From Hyphochytrium catenoides (Eukaryota; Protista; Hyphochytriomycota): a stretch of 64,000 nt of DNA. Location: contig FLMG01002540.1 of assembly GCA_900088475.1 (NCBI GenBank), forward strand, positions 63,814 through 127,813, read 5' to 3'. Positions 51,174-62,840 of this stretch are shown here, piece by piece. Positions within the stretch are counted from its first letter, which is position 1, and the number at the start of each line of letters is the position of its first letter. The notes below the pieces were generated by a model. It did not search any database, had not been told where the DNA came from, and saw nothing but the letters and a program-made list of their open reading frames with translations. The position numbers and the translations under genes were made by a program.

Positions 51174-51893
51174 TGAGGATGGTCAACGATCAGATGGGGA
51201 TCGTAGAAACAAAAAACTGCGGTCTCAGGGAAAGCGAGATGCACTCGCTAGATACTTGTGGCGGGCACCCGGTGGTGTCCCGAGTTTGGCTTTAATGGAG
51301 TTCGTCAGCCATCGACAGAGCCTTTGGGAGTTGGAGGAGGAGGCACTGTCAGAGGTTCACATAACCCCAGCTGCCAGGCTCCCGGAGCAAGGGATGCCTG
51401 CGTGGGCTTTGTTTGGGTACAACGGTGCCCATGGGAGGACCGACGAGCTTACCCTCCTGCATAGCGTCCGGCAAGCTTGGGCAAGTCTGGTACACAATAG
51501 TGTCCGATGGCAGGCCAGCGATCCCAAGTTCGATGGACGGTCGTTCCCAGAGGCAGCAGGAAGCAAGATCATGGGTTTGCATATGGGTAGATCGCATTAC
51601 CACCAGTAGCAGCATCGAGGAGTTTGCCCTCGTAAGGGACATGACGCGCTGCGGTTTAGCACATCACCAGCTAGACATTCGAGATTCCATCTGCTAGGAA
51701 AGGAGCAGCTTTGGCGACACGGAAGCGGCTATAAAAAAAGAACTCCCAAAGGCTCTGTCGATGGCTAAGGAACTCCATTAAAGCCAAACTCGGGACACCA
51801 CCGGGTGCCCGCCACAAGTGTCTAGCGAGAGCATCTCGCTCTTCCTGTGACCGCAGACTCCCGCTTCTACGATCTGATCGTTGACCATCCTCA
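51174..51893. repeat. Long inverted repeat (arms 51174-51332 and 51741-51893, ~408-nt spacer) of a gene-family fragment
   Basis: Core of about 100 nt has 4 mismatches. Both arms translate DALAR(Y/H)LWRAPGGVPSLALMEF(V/L)SHRQSLWE. Confidence 0.95.
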
Positions 51894-51894
51894 G

Positions 51895-52012
51895 ACATCT
51901 TCAACGTCCTATGGCAGTCATTATCAGTAGCCCACCTACAACAGCAGCAGCAGCCAGGTAACCCCGAGGTCCTCCTCCTACTCTTCTCCTGCTGCTGTCT
52001 TCTTTCCTCTGG
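51895..52012 (+). repeat. Dispersed repeat, copy 1 (copy 2 at 57527-57650)
   Basis: Shared CATCTTCAAC..TATGGCAGTCATTA..CCACCTA..ACAGCAGCAGCAG..AGGT.ACCC.CGAGGTCCT..CTACTCTTCT. Confidence 0.8.
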
Positions 52013-53175
52013 TGCACTGTAAACCGAAAACTGGTCATCTCTCGGTCATTTAAGGCTGGCCAAGCCACGAACCGGATAATCCTTCACAGAATTATTTTGG
52101 GTCGTCCTCGGAGAGTTACTGTCAACTGCTTGCAGACCTGCTGCATGGTGAAGCTTGGTCTATAACGACAATTGGTGGTGTCTCGACCTTAAAGAAAGGG
52201 GCAATCCGAGGTATAGTCCCCACCATCGACGCACTCTTGAGCAGATACTACCTCGAAGAATAAGGCGCTTGGTGGTGGGTGCATACATTCCCGGCCCATT
52301 CTATACCAATCGCAACTCTTTTTGAATTCTTCGTCCTCCGCAACGTCGTCAATATCTTTTTTTCTAAGCTTGCATATTCCTTTTCATTGGAATTAGTCGA
52401 AGGCGGCTCTTCAATCTTCCCTCCTCCTTGTGACGCTCTGTTGTTGTGACTACTATACTTGATCAGCAAGTTCATCAAGGTGCCACATACAATTCACAGA
52501 GGAGTAATTGGCTACCAATTGTAGTCTAACCATCGCTTCGTGGAGAGACTATATGTGATAATATTTATCATGGCCCTTAAGAATGTGTCTCCACCCCCCT
52601 TTCGTGAGTGCGCTTATGGCGAACCTTCTGATCTGGAAGACTTCGTTCTCACCTAAAGTAGGCAGCGGCGGCTGTACCTTGGTTTGTCAGCCTGGTGTGA
52701 TCATCATCACTTACCGTGCGAGCACCACGTTGCCTTATTGCAAAGTAAAATGAGTGTTTGACGCTGCAAGTGGCATCCGACGAACAAGCAGCCGACAAGT
52801 TTAGTAGTAGGGTCACATAAGAAGAAAGGGGAAGTAGATGCAGAGATGATCCAGGTCCGTCCTTCATTATTAAGCTGAGAACCAACACAGTGGGCCAATC
52901 GAAAAATATCGTCCCTTCCCTTTTCTGATACTTGTGAGTGCCTGCAAAAGGCACAGCAGAATAGCAAGGAAGATAATGTAAATGGGCTCTATCTTCCGAC
53001 CGAGTTGATGAGGCTGCCAACATTCAAAAAACATTTTATAAAAAATTATCTGTCTTTACTAAGGCCTTATCTTTTTTGCTATTGAACTCTATTTCACCCA
53101 TCATAGTTTCAGAGGGAGTTTCGGGACGGGCAGTGCGCCGATTGCCTTATTAGTTGTTCTTTGTCTGTCTAGAGC

Positions 53176-53436
53176 GGTATGGTAAACCGATTGAGACCCA
53201 CGTTGTATTGGGCGGTGGTATGGTATACTACTCGTATACTCGCACTTCATACCGAATTCCATCAGAGGGGTATGGTATACCGCTGGGTAATACGGCCTTA
53301 GCATCTGCGGGGTATGGTATACCGTATAGAACTACGGTATAAAGACCTAGTCCGACACCAACTTTACTGTCGCCGAGATTAGTATCGGTATCGTTATTAC
53401 CGGTATTATGGATACCACACCCCTCTGGTATGAAGT
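53176..53436. mobile_element. MITE-like or DNA-transposon subterminal repeat cluster
   Basis: GGTATGGTA(T/A)AC at 53176, 53217, 53269 and 53311. Imperfect inverted pair 53244-53280 / 53411-53436. Hairpin ATACCGTA-N6-TACGGTAT at 53319-53340. No clear TIR or TSD found. Confidence 0.45.
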
Positions 53437-54117
53437 TGAGCGTAACGGCATGGGAGATGGGTAATAAAATAAGGGGGCCCTTGAATGCCCAGTGTAAAGT
53501 GATAGTATAGCTGGAGAGGCACACACATCATAGAGACAGAACTGTGATAGGTTGTAACCAACATTCTGCTGTTCTCTATGTCATTTGGACAAGATTGATG
53601 TTTGGTGTATGATGAGAAGGAGATTTGGGGTGCGGTTGTGATGATCAAGAAGGCTTTGTCCTCTTCCTCCTTTCTTCATGATTGCGGGAAGCGTTGAGAG
53701 TAGGTAGCCCTAGGAACTAGAAGGAAGGTTATTACACAGTTGAGTCTTCAGTATTTCCAGGAGGAGGACCGTCTTACCTCCTGCTGGGATCGGGATCGGA
53801 TGATTGGGCTCTTCTTCGTAGGAGGGAGGACCTGATGACCATACCGATGGTACGAGACGAGTCAGTCTGTAGGCGATGCTCAGCCCTCATGAAACTCAGT
53901 AAGAAGAGAACCTTACCATTTGCGCGAAAAGAGGTTTGTTGTCCAAGTTCTTCCTTGACGGGAGTTCGGAGATAGTCAAGAGACGAACAACTAAGGGTAC
54001 TCTGGGAGGTTGCTTAGACTTGTCGTAGTTCAAGGGGAAGCTGAGATCACGTGAAAGAACGGAAAGACATTCTACTTCAACTACCGATACTCAGTGTTTC
54101 ATTATATAGAAACGGAT

Positions 54118-56301
54118 ATGGCCGCCTCCAACCCGGAGGGCTCACTCTTGGTGACAGAAGCAACACTGCTCACAAAGATCTTCTCATCGCCTCGTAGGAC
54201 AAAAGCTACCTCTAGAAGACTCCGTGTACAACCACTCACGATGTCTCAGTCTCGAAACCCAGATGGCCCAGCTGAAGAGAGAGATACCTCAACAGTTATC
54301 CAGCGCGTCACAAAACACCTGAGCTGTGAGCAATCGTTGCCAAGTGGTGTAACAAGTCGCACGGGTCAGACAAGGAGGGCTATTACCCTGGTCTCCACGC
54401 TTCCGTATCAGGAGTTCACGACTCAAGAGAGCCAGACAACTTTGCTCATGCGGATGTTCCCTAGCAAGTTGCATCTGACTCAGTCTTGGATAAAGTACAG
54501 CCGCTACATGCAGGCGGTCACGCAGGTCTCTTTGATCATCACAGTGATCATCTTTTTCCTGCAAGCAGTTGACTTTAGCGCGAGTGTGCAACGCCCACTC
54601 AGTGTTTTGTGCTTCTTTTGCGCACTGATTGTCACGCTGGCTTATTTCGGCAACATCAACTACCGGCTCCTCTCTATTCTGCTGCTGTATTTGGAGACTC
54701 TCTTCTTTGCGGGAGAAGCGCTAGTATTTGCATTTTCTCTCTGGGGAGTCTTCTGCTTCTCTGTTTCGGGTTTCTTCATCAGTGCTGCAGCCCTTATGTC
54801 AGGGTTTTGGTTTATTCTCTACGATGCGTTCCCTCTCTATGTGAGGCAGACCTCCTTACGCTGGAGTTGCCTTTTAGGGTTCTCAGGATTCAGCTTTCTG
54901 TTGTTTGGCGTGTCCATGAGACTGTTCAAAGGGATGTGCTTCAATCGGATGGACATCTTTCGAGGGCTAATCAAAGAGGATGATAGGACTGTCTGGAGTT
55001 TCTCCATACAAGAGGCATGCCTGAACGCTGGGTGTACGCTCTTTCTCTTGGCAGTGAGAGCAGTTCTTGTGGCCGTCTTTCGGCCTTCGCAATGCGTAAT
55101 AATTCAGGCTCCTCTGCGGCATGTAACGACACACACAGAGAAGGAGCAGGCTATTGTTGACGAAGAAATATGCCGTTGGACTAGAAGAATTGCCTTGGCT
55201 GATCAACGAGCTATCTCACTTCAGCAAGCTCGCGAGGAAAGTTTGATAAGGTCAAGCGTGACCAGACTTGAAAGCTCACCTTATCGTTCGCCGCCCAAGT
55301 GGAACTTAATCCTGGTGTCAGAAATGCCAGCAAAGAGGCTGAATGCGTTGGAGAGCTCGATGACCTGGATGCTGAAAATCTGTGGGCAGCGGTACAACAG
55401 CTTCTTTTTGAAGAATAGCAAACTATTATCTGTTTTCCTTGGATCCGTTAGCCTCATATGGTTTCTGGTCTTTACGCATTTGTATCCTCACAACATCTCA
55501 GAGTTTCGCGGACTTGGTTTCCAAATTTCTGGCGTCATGGCTCTGCTTCAACTTGGCCAAATGTATGCTGCCGTAACAAATTGCACCTTGAGTGCGATGG
55601 TCTACAGATCGTTTGACACTATGTTCATATTGGGTGAATGCTTTCTGCTCTCAGGGTCTCTATTCTTTGTGCTCTGCCCTACCAAGCCTAGCCCCTTTTA
55701 TGCGATCTGCTTCTTTTGCGCGATCTCTCTGTTGTCTGTACCTTACGATGCGATCTCCCCTAACGCTCGTAGAAAGCTGCTTAAGGGCTTCGGTATGACG
55801 GTAATCAGCTTGGTGCTGTTGATGTGCTTCATCCATTTTCACTACCTGGGGACCATGTGCAATTGCCTTTACGATATGGGCTATGGGTTCACGATTCTTC
55901 AACCTGTCCGCGGCCTTGACGATACCACAAATTTGCTTGTTACATTGCATAAGGAAAGGAAAAGGACGGGCGAAGACGCAGCGTTTGGAGGAATATCTAT
56001 TCTGGAGTTCTGTCTTACTCGCTGCCTCACATTGCTCATCCTGCTCAGTAGGGTCATCGTCTACGGCATTCGGTGCCCTGGACTATGTACTCTTCTGCAA
56101 TCGCCCATTCGGCTGTTGGAAGGAATTGTGGCTGGTGAAGAGGAGGAAATTGTCACAGGTGAAGGAAAAAAGGAGTACGACTGCAAGGCGGCATCAGAAG
56201 TTGTTGTGGCAGCAACAGAGAGTAGTTCATCGGGCATTACTCAACGCCAAGAAGACATACCTCAGCTTCGCAGTGGCGAAGAAGTTACTATGAAGAGCTA
56301 G
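54118..56301 (+). CDS. Intronless polytopic membrane protein built from two homologous multi-TM halves
   Basis: ~727-aa open frame from ATG 54118 with many hydrophobic segments. Internal repeat: YDAFPLYVR/YDAISPNAR, SIQEACL/SILEFCL, RPSQCVIIQAPLR/CPGLCTLLQSPIR. Confidence 0.85.
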   Translation: MAASNPEGSLLVTEATLLTKIFSSPRRTKATSRRLRVQPLTMSQSRNPDGPAEERDTSTVIQRVTKHLSCEQSLPSGVTSRTGQTRRAITLVSTLPYQEFTTQESQTTLLMRMFPSKLHLTQSWIKYSRYMQAVTQVSLIITVIIFFLQAVDFSASVQRPLSVLCFFCALIVTLAYFGNINYRLLSILLLYLETLFFAGEALVFAFSLWGVFCFSVSGFFISAAALMSGFWFILYDAFPLYVRQTSLRWSCLLGFSGFSFLLFGVSMRLFKGMCFNRMDIFRGLIKEDDRTVWSFSIQEACLNAGCTLFLLAVRAVLVAVFRPSQCVIIQAPLRHVTTHTEKEQAIVDEEICRWTRRIALADQRAISLQQAREESLIRSSVTRLESSPYRSPPKWNLILVSEMPAKRLNALESSMTWMLKICGQRYNSFFLKNSKLLSVFLGSVSLIWFLVFTHLYPHNISEFRGLGFQISGVMALLQLGQMYAAVTNCTLSAMVYRSFDTMFILGECFLLSGSLFFVLCPTKPSPFYAICFFCAISLLSVPYDAISPNARRKLLKGFGMTVISLVLLMCFIHFHYLGTMCNCLYDMGYGFTILQPVRGLDDTTNLLVTLHKERKRTGEDAAFGGISILEFCLTRCLTLLILLSRVIVYGIRCPGLCTLLQSPIRLLEGIVAGEEEEIVTGEGKKEYDCKAASEVVVAATESSSSGITQRQEDIPQLRSGEEVTMKS

Positions 56302-57526
56302 TCAGCTCAAAAGTATACACTTCATCTTCAGGTAGACATGATCACTAAGACTGCCGCTACTGCCACCGCCGGAAATCTTTATCGGGCAATGAAGAGACTG
56401 TTGACAAGCTCGTAGTTCGTGACTTTGGTTATTGAGCTCGACGGAGGCTAATATTTGCTTTCAACAAGAATACTCCGTCTTCTTGGGACTGGTTCTGAAC
56501 TGCAATGGCTTCATGTTCTTAAGAAGGGGGGTGCTAGCTGATACTGTCGGGATGCGGACAAGTTAAGTGGCTGAGACGTAGAGAAGGATGTCACATTCGA
56601 GTAGTAGCGAAAAGCAATTGACGTATTTGTGAATGCGTATAGCTATTAATAAGAGTAAGGTGGGTTAGGGGTCCATATCGCAGAAGCCTTCGTGGACATT
56701 GAATCCTTGACGAGAAGCATCCACTTCTGGTGTCATCCATCGCCCACCGGATGTGGAGACTACGCCGTTGGACAACCACCACCACCGCCAGGTGAGAGCA
56801 AGGACCACTCTACTGTGCCCTTTGCTTTATGTTATTAGGACTGTGAATGAAGTCTTTCTGTCTATTCGTTCGCCTATGTAGAGAAGAGCCGTCCCTACGA
56901 TGGAGCAGCAATCTTTAGCTGATGAGTCCTTTGCACACGGGCAAGCGAGCGGTGGTTGTCATCGTGCAGGGAATGAAATGCTTTAATAGTCGGGTTACTT
57001 GTTCGGCGACTGTTGTTGTCATTAAGGGGCATGGTCTAACCTACTATTAACAAGAGTGGGCAAACGTTATTGAACATTAGTGCAATGGCAGCTCACAAAG
57101 TTAGGAGATGTCTCGCTTTCGAGATAAGAACGTCAAAAGACTATAACGTCGTCCGCTAGTAGAAAGTGCATGAAGTCCTGATGTGGCTACCAGAAGGTAA
57201 AAAGGCTCTTTTTGTTGTCAGCTCTTCTCGTCATTCAGAAAGTGAAGACGTAGCGTCTAAGTGGGACATAACAACAAGAGAGGCCAAATCTCCGTGACTG
57301 AGACGTTGTTCTTCTAGTAGACACCCTATCTCACGGCGGCAGTGCTCTGTTTCACTTCTTTCTCGCGGATACATGTGGTCATCAGCATTCTTTTTCTCTG
57401 TTTGTCAGACCTATTTGATGGATGACAGTTACCTCTTGGGGCTCAAGCGAAGCATGCAAGATTATTGATGGATACGAAAAATAGCTAGTAGAAGTATTGT
57501 TGCTTGCAAAGAGAAGCATCCCTCTC

Positions 57527-57650
57527 CATCTTCAACCTAATTATGGCAGTCATTAGTAGTCCACCTAACAGCAGCAGCAGTGATAGCAAGGACGGCAAAA
57601 GGAGGTGACCCTCGAGGTCCTACGACTACTCTTCTGCTGCTCACTTCTGG
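57527..57650 (+). repeat. Dispersed repeat, copy 2 (copy 1 at 51895-52012)
   Basis: Same conserved blocks as 51895-52012, with a ~20-nt indel. Confidence 0.8.
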
Positions 57651-59885
57651 TGGTTCGCTCCCATTCATGATGGAAGTAGTAGTGCTAATAAACCCAATTC
57701 TTATTCGTTATAAACAGCGGAAGATGAAGAACTACTATGTCTTCATGGCGTCAAGGAGGATCGAGGAACAATAGGGATGAGGATCTCACCACACTCATCA
57801 TCAAACAGAAAGGGGATCGCACGAGTAGCCTACTACGTACCTCTAATAATAGTAGGAGGCGGAACCATGATGGCGGAATGACGACCTTTCTCGTCTTTTC
57901 TTGGTGCTTTGGAAGATGATATGGCTCATTGTCATCAAATATAAATAAGTGCATGTTGTTGGGGCTTTCCTCGTTAGTTAGTCCTGCATCTACCACGACT
58001 TCCGCCGCTCGCGGCGCCGTGGTGCACTGTTGCTGCTTGAAAAATAGTATGGATAGGTCGTTGCAAGAGACGTAGCAGAAGAACGAAGAAGGGGGAAAGG
58101 AGGAGAGAAGAAGAAGAAGAGTACTGCGTAGCGGTGCTCTCACCATCACTGTTCTATTACTTTTCACATTGTCTTCTACAACGAGGTTAGTTACAAGAGG
58201 AAGACGGATAAAGCCCAGTAGTCTGCTGATCAATAGAAGAAGAGAGTAGCTAAAGCTAACCGTAGTATCGCGAACACAAGCAAGATAGAAGACGGACTAT
58301 ATCTTTCCTACTCGGACTTAAAGTGACCCCCTCGGTCCATAAAGCACTCCCTGCTGACTGTTTGTTGGGTGGTAGGGAAGGCAAAGACGGACATTACTGC
58401 TCCTCCGCTCGCTTCTGTCATGGACGCGCCTAACCCACCAGTGCCCTATTCTCAAGGTGATGAACGCTCCCCTAGCTCCACCGCAGGTCTTATAATGAAT
58501 TTGAGCCCGACAATGTTCGTCATGAAAATAAGTGTCGAAAGTGCTTGGTGTACGCCGCTACAGACGTAGCGACACTTCCCGCTGCATGATGATGATGTTA
58601 CGGAAAAGGAAAACTACATTTGCTGCACGGAATGGTTCGTGAACAGTTACGTCAAAGGTCATGCAGCAACAACGCCAGGTGGGACCGTAGTCCTCGGCGT
58701 AACAATGTCACTGACCAGGGTAGCCGCGATTGGGAAGAGTTCAATCAGGCTGCTCTTCTTCTGCTTTATTAGTAGTCAGAAGGTCTGCTGGTCTTCTAAC
58801 CGCACCTATCTATTATCATGATATTCCCAAGACCATCTGGAGTTCCATACAAGGTTTCATCTAATCTCAGAGGTCGTCAGTCCTACAAATGATGCCATGA
58901 TCTTGACCATCACTACGCCGCCTACATACTCCGCCTAAGGTGTAGGTGGGTGGTGGTGGTAGACAAGTCGCCTGCTTGCTATTATGTCGTCGGTCAAATG
59001 GCACATGATGGTAGCGCCGCCCTTCTTTGGTCCAGGCTCTACCACCTTTTCTAGGCCGCCCAGTGAGCGGTGGAGACGACGTCGTTGAGAGAATAGACTT
59101 CTTGTTCTGTGATGATGCTAAAGATTTCATCTTTTTGTCAAACTGCTGGTGGAAGAAAGCTGCAAGCTCATGGAAGGAAAGTCTTTGAGTGGAACCCACA
59201 ACTGGATGAAGGGGGGACCATCCTTTGTAATGATCTATAATATGAGGCCTTGGATGCAGAATCATTATATTTGGTCCAGTGTGAAGCTCCCCAGCATTCT
59301 CTTGTATTCCTGATATCAGACGGGTCGGGGATGTCCATCATCTGATTGTGGGCAGCATGCGGCACCACCTCAGCCGCTGACTTCCAAACTTCCTTGCGAC
59401 ACAGAGTGGGACAAGAAGACGGGGTTATGACACCTAGAGATTTGGACTGCCGCTGGCTTGTTGATGCTGATGGATCTTCTTTCTGTAAGACACTACTACT
59501 CCTCCTCGTGCGCCGTTCTCGCTGCACTCAGCAGCATGATGGGCAGGTAACAAAGAGACTCGACGCCGCAACGAGAAGGCCGTTTCTCCTCATGTATGAA
59601 TGATGAAAGCCTTATATTATCGTCTTTAGTAGTAGTTCTTCAGAGGGGAAAAAATAGGAGGATTGAGTGAAGAATGATTGAGTACCAGCAGTTCGCGACA
59701 GTATATACAGCGGCACAGGTGGTCTGATGTTGATGGAAAAGGCTGGTACCATCTCACACTGCTGATGATCAGCCCAATGATAACACGGCCGCATATATAT
59801 TATAAGCCATCATCCCCACCACCGACGACCGACGCCCATCCCAGCAGCATACGGGAGGAAATAGTTACAACCAACAACGTCTATC

Positions 59886-62357
59886 ATGATAAGGAGTACC
59901 ACTGACACATCATCTTCTTGGACATCAGCAGCTTCAGCAGTTGTTGACGATGACCGAAGCGGCGTCGAGCTTTCTGCGAATTCCTCCTACCTTAGTACTG
60001 AGGAGAGTAACAACAAGAGATTACATGGCAGTAGCAGTCGAAGCCTCGGAGGAGTGGGTCTTGCACCTAAGACTGCGAGCTTCGGAACACTCTTGCATGT
60101 TCTAGACGGGAATGTCAACTTGCGCTCCCAGGTAGAAGCGGTGCTGGTCCTACGCTGGGCACTTCAGAGTGCTTACCAACCTGAGGTTGATATAGCGGAG
60201 ATCCAACAAGAACCGCTCGGGAAGGAGAAAGATGAAGCTGGTCAGGAGCGCGGTGGTGCCACGCTGAGAGATAATAAGAGAAGGGGCCAAGCGGTGACAA
60301 GGTCCGCCGCCATGAAAAAGGGTAAACTGGCGCTAATCACTGAAAACAAAGGCATAGGACAAGGAAAGGGAGAACAGCAAGCGGCGCTCCAGCATGAGGA
60401 GGGCCACCACGCTGGAAAGGTTGAAGGCGGTGGACTCTGGCGTCAGCGCGGTCTCGCTGGAAAGAATCTACTGCAGAGAGTCATGAATGACATCATAACT
60501 CAGAACGAAGACGCCTGCCTGTTATTGTGGGACGTCTGGCATTCAGGAATTCTTAGTTCGCTACCACTCGACGCATGGAGCCTTATAGCGGAATTTACTT
60601 TCGAGGGAAGCAATCAAGGCTTGCTCATGTCTCAACGGCTGGCTCAACTCCTAGGGCGTTACCTTCAATCCCAAAGCCTAGGCACCACGGAAGAGGAAGA
60701 CAGCAAGGTGCATGAAGAATTGGCCAGGATACGTTACAGAGCACCAATTCTGCCTGTGTCTCTATTTGCGACCGAAATGTCTCATGACGATCCAGATGAC
60801 GTCTGGTTCGTGCATGATCGGCTTTTGGGGATGGAACACTCAAGGAGGTACAAGAGTAGTGACGACGAAAGTGAACAGGAGAGTGATGAAAGTGATGACG
60901 ATTGCTGCTCTGACTGCGAGATCTGCTTCTGCAAGTGCCTAGAAAAGTTGCCAGGTATCTACACCTATCAAGGAGATGTTTGCCGGTGTCTTTTGCCGCT
61001 GCCACCTACTGGACTGAGTACTAAAGCTGCGACGAAGTGGACATCCCACAATCTCTGCTCGTCAGTCGAAAAGCCGTATATGACCACTTTCCACCGAAGC
61101 ACAGAAGTAAGCGGGGAACAGATTGTGGCGATGTGGTTGAATGCCCTTTTGTCAACGGTGGACGGGCTCCATGCGCGGTTCTTTCGAGGAGTGTGGACAG
61201 AGGGAGTGTCGGACATTTCGTTCGAAGTCTACGCCGCGACCATGGTGGGTTTCTACCTGTCACTGGGGTGGACTCAGCAGCTCAATGTATTCCCAGAGAC
61301 CTGTCACAACCTGACGATTAGGTACTATAAGGAGTGCTGGGTTACCGCCCTACAGGAGAGCTCCCAACTCTTTACATGGTCTTTTCATCATGGATCCGAT
61401 GGCATGTACGACCAATGCTCCCTCTTTCAACAACTCTTGTTCAAGGCAGTCTTACGTATTTGCAAAGCTCACAAAACCTTATACACTCATACGTCCGAGG
61501 ATAGTCTTCCTTGGAGGGTAGATGACGTACTGCAAGCTTTCTGGGATAATTTTGGTTCTAAGTCTATCCCTTCCTTGGACTCCGGCTCAAGAGCAGACCA
61601 GGCCGCTATACGTCTTCAAAGCTCACATAACCGCCCATTCTTCTTAGCCTCCTCCGCATGGGGCGATGAGGACAGCCTCCCTTTGTCGCTGTTGCGGGAC
61701 TTTCTCTTTGCATGCCACCCCATGATGCTCCACAAAAACCTCTGTGTTGCTTTGAACAGCGCCGTCAGGGAGGAGATGTTCTCGAAACCATCGCGAGAAA
61801 GTTTTGACCTACTTTTCCGTAAGATGGTTCAAAGAAACTGGTTACGATATCGAGCGGTTCCTCAGAAGCCGGTGCAGGAAGGAAGTGTAGTGGGTCCTAG
61901 CGACCCCCCGGAGCTCACGGTTGACGAAAAGGAAGCGGCTGACAGAACACGTTGGATAGCCAACAAGTTGGCTCTGGCGGAGTTCGAAAGTCGACTTGAG
62001 TGGGCCAGGATTAAGGTATATCCCGAACCCATGCAGCCATCTATCTCACGATCGGTGGCGAAGACCTTTGACTTGGTTTTGATCAACGAGGATGACGATG
62101 GGATCTGTACAGTCAGAGATCAGTCACTGTTTGCCGGAGCGAGCGACAGTGTCATCCAGATAATCAGGTCGAAGAAGGATGCGCTGCTTAAAGAGATGGC
62201 TGATAACCGACTCAAACTCCCAGGAATGCGAATGGAGGAGTTTAATACTGATGAGACCCATCGCGCTTGGCTTGCTCCTCATCGCGTAACTTCTTCGTCA
62301 CCGGCCCCGCATCCATGTTGGGACCTTCGTGATGGGTTTGGTCTTTCTCTGCAGTAG
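59886..62357 (+). CDS. Intronless 823-aa hypothetical protein with an F-box-like word and an acidic/Cys-rich patch
   Basis: Uninterrupted 2.47-kb ORF containing LSSLPLDAWSLIAEF and SSDDESEQESDESDDDCCSDCEICFCKC. Confidence 0.8.
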   Translation: MIRSTTDTSSSWTSAASAVVDDDRSGVELSANSSYLSTEESNNKRLHGSSSRSLGGVGLAPKTASFGTLLHVLDGNVNLRSQVEAVLVLRWALQSAYQPEVDIAEIQQEPLGKEKDEAGQERGGATLRDNKRRGQAVTRSAAMKKGKLALITENKGIGQGKGEQQAALQHEEGHHAGKVEGGGLWRQRGLAGKNLLQRVMNDIITQNEDACLLLWDVWHSGILSSLPLDAWSLIAEFTFEGSNQGLLMSQRLAQLLGRYLQSQSLGTTEEEDSKVHEELARIRYRAPILPVSLFATEMSHDDPDDVWFVHDRLLGMEHSRRYKSSDDESEQESDESDDDCCSDCEICFCKCLEKLPGIYTYQGDVCRCLLPLPPTGLSTKAATKWTSHNLCSSVEKPYMTTFHRSTEVSGEQIVAMWLNALLSTVDGLHARFFRGVWTEGVSDISFEVYAATMVGFYLSLGWTQQLNVFPETCHNLTIRYYKECWVTALQESSQLFTWSFHHGSDGMYDQCSLFQQLLFKAVLRICKAHKTLYTHTSEDSLPWRVDDVLQAFWDNFGSKSIPSLDSGSRADQAAIRLQSSHNRPFFLASSAWGDEDSLPLSLLRDFLFACHPMMLHKNLCVALNSAVREEMFSKPSRESFDLLFRKMVQRNWLRYRAVPQKPVQEGSVVGPSDPPELTVDEKEAADRTRWIANKLALAEFESRLEWARIKVYPEPMQPSISRSVAKTFDLVLINEDDDGICTVRDQSLFAGASDSVIQIIRSKKDALLKEMADNRLKLPGMRMEEFNTDETHRAWLAPHRVTSSSPAPHPCWDLRDGFGLSLQ

Positions 62358-62840
62358 CGATCAGCTGCAAGGCAGAGTTACGGACCAGGATCACGCAGCA
62401 CAGCAGGACTGCTCTCGTTGATATACCATTAGCAGTGCCGTTTACCCGCCGTGAGGCGTTTAGTGAGAAATGGTAGACTCAGCAGAAGTAGGAGTTGGTA
62501 TCTTTGTTAACATCACGATCATAGGTTATCATCATTATTCGTCTTGCGGTTCAGACGAAGATTTATTGAATAAACTCAACCACAAGAGAGCTCTACAGCT
62601 CTGATGATGGTGTTTTGCAGAGGAAACTTCTTATTGAGAAAAGGTGGTGATGATGACTAATGCCAATCAATGGTGTTGATTCTTGTCGCGATGGCGCTAC
62701 GAGGGTTGACTTTCTTCGCTGATGATGAGACTTTGTTGTTGATGAGTTATTATAGGCGGCGGCACGCCGCTGATGCTTCTTGTTGCTGCCGATCGTCAGC
62801 GAGACCTCACCACCCCAAACTACGCTAAATCTAATGTTTA

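Noticed and set aside
51256-51609. LLHSVRQAWASL resembling the PEP/pyruvate-binding domain of PEP synthase
   Set aside because: Single short word. The flanking SFAG and MAVVVQ motifs are absent and the context is a duplicated pseudogene.
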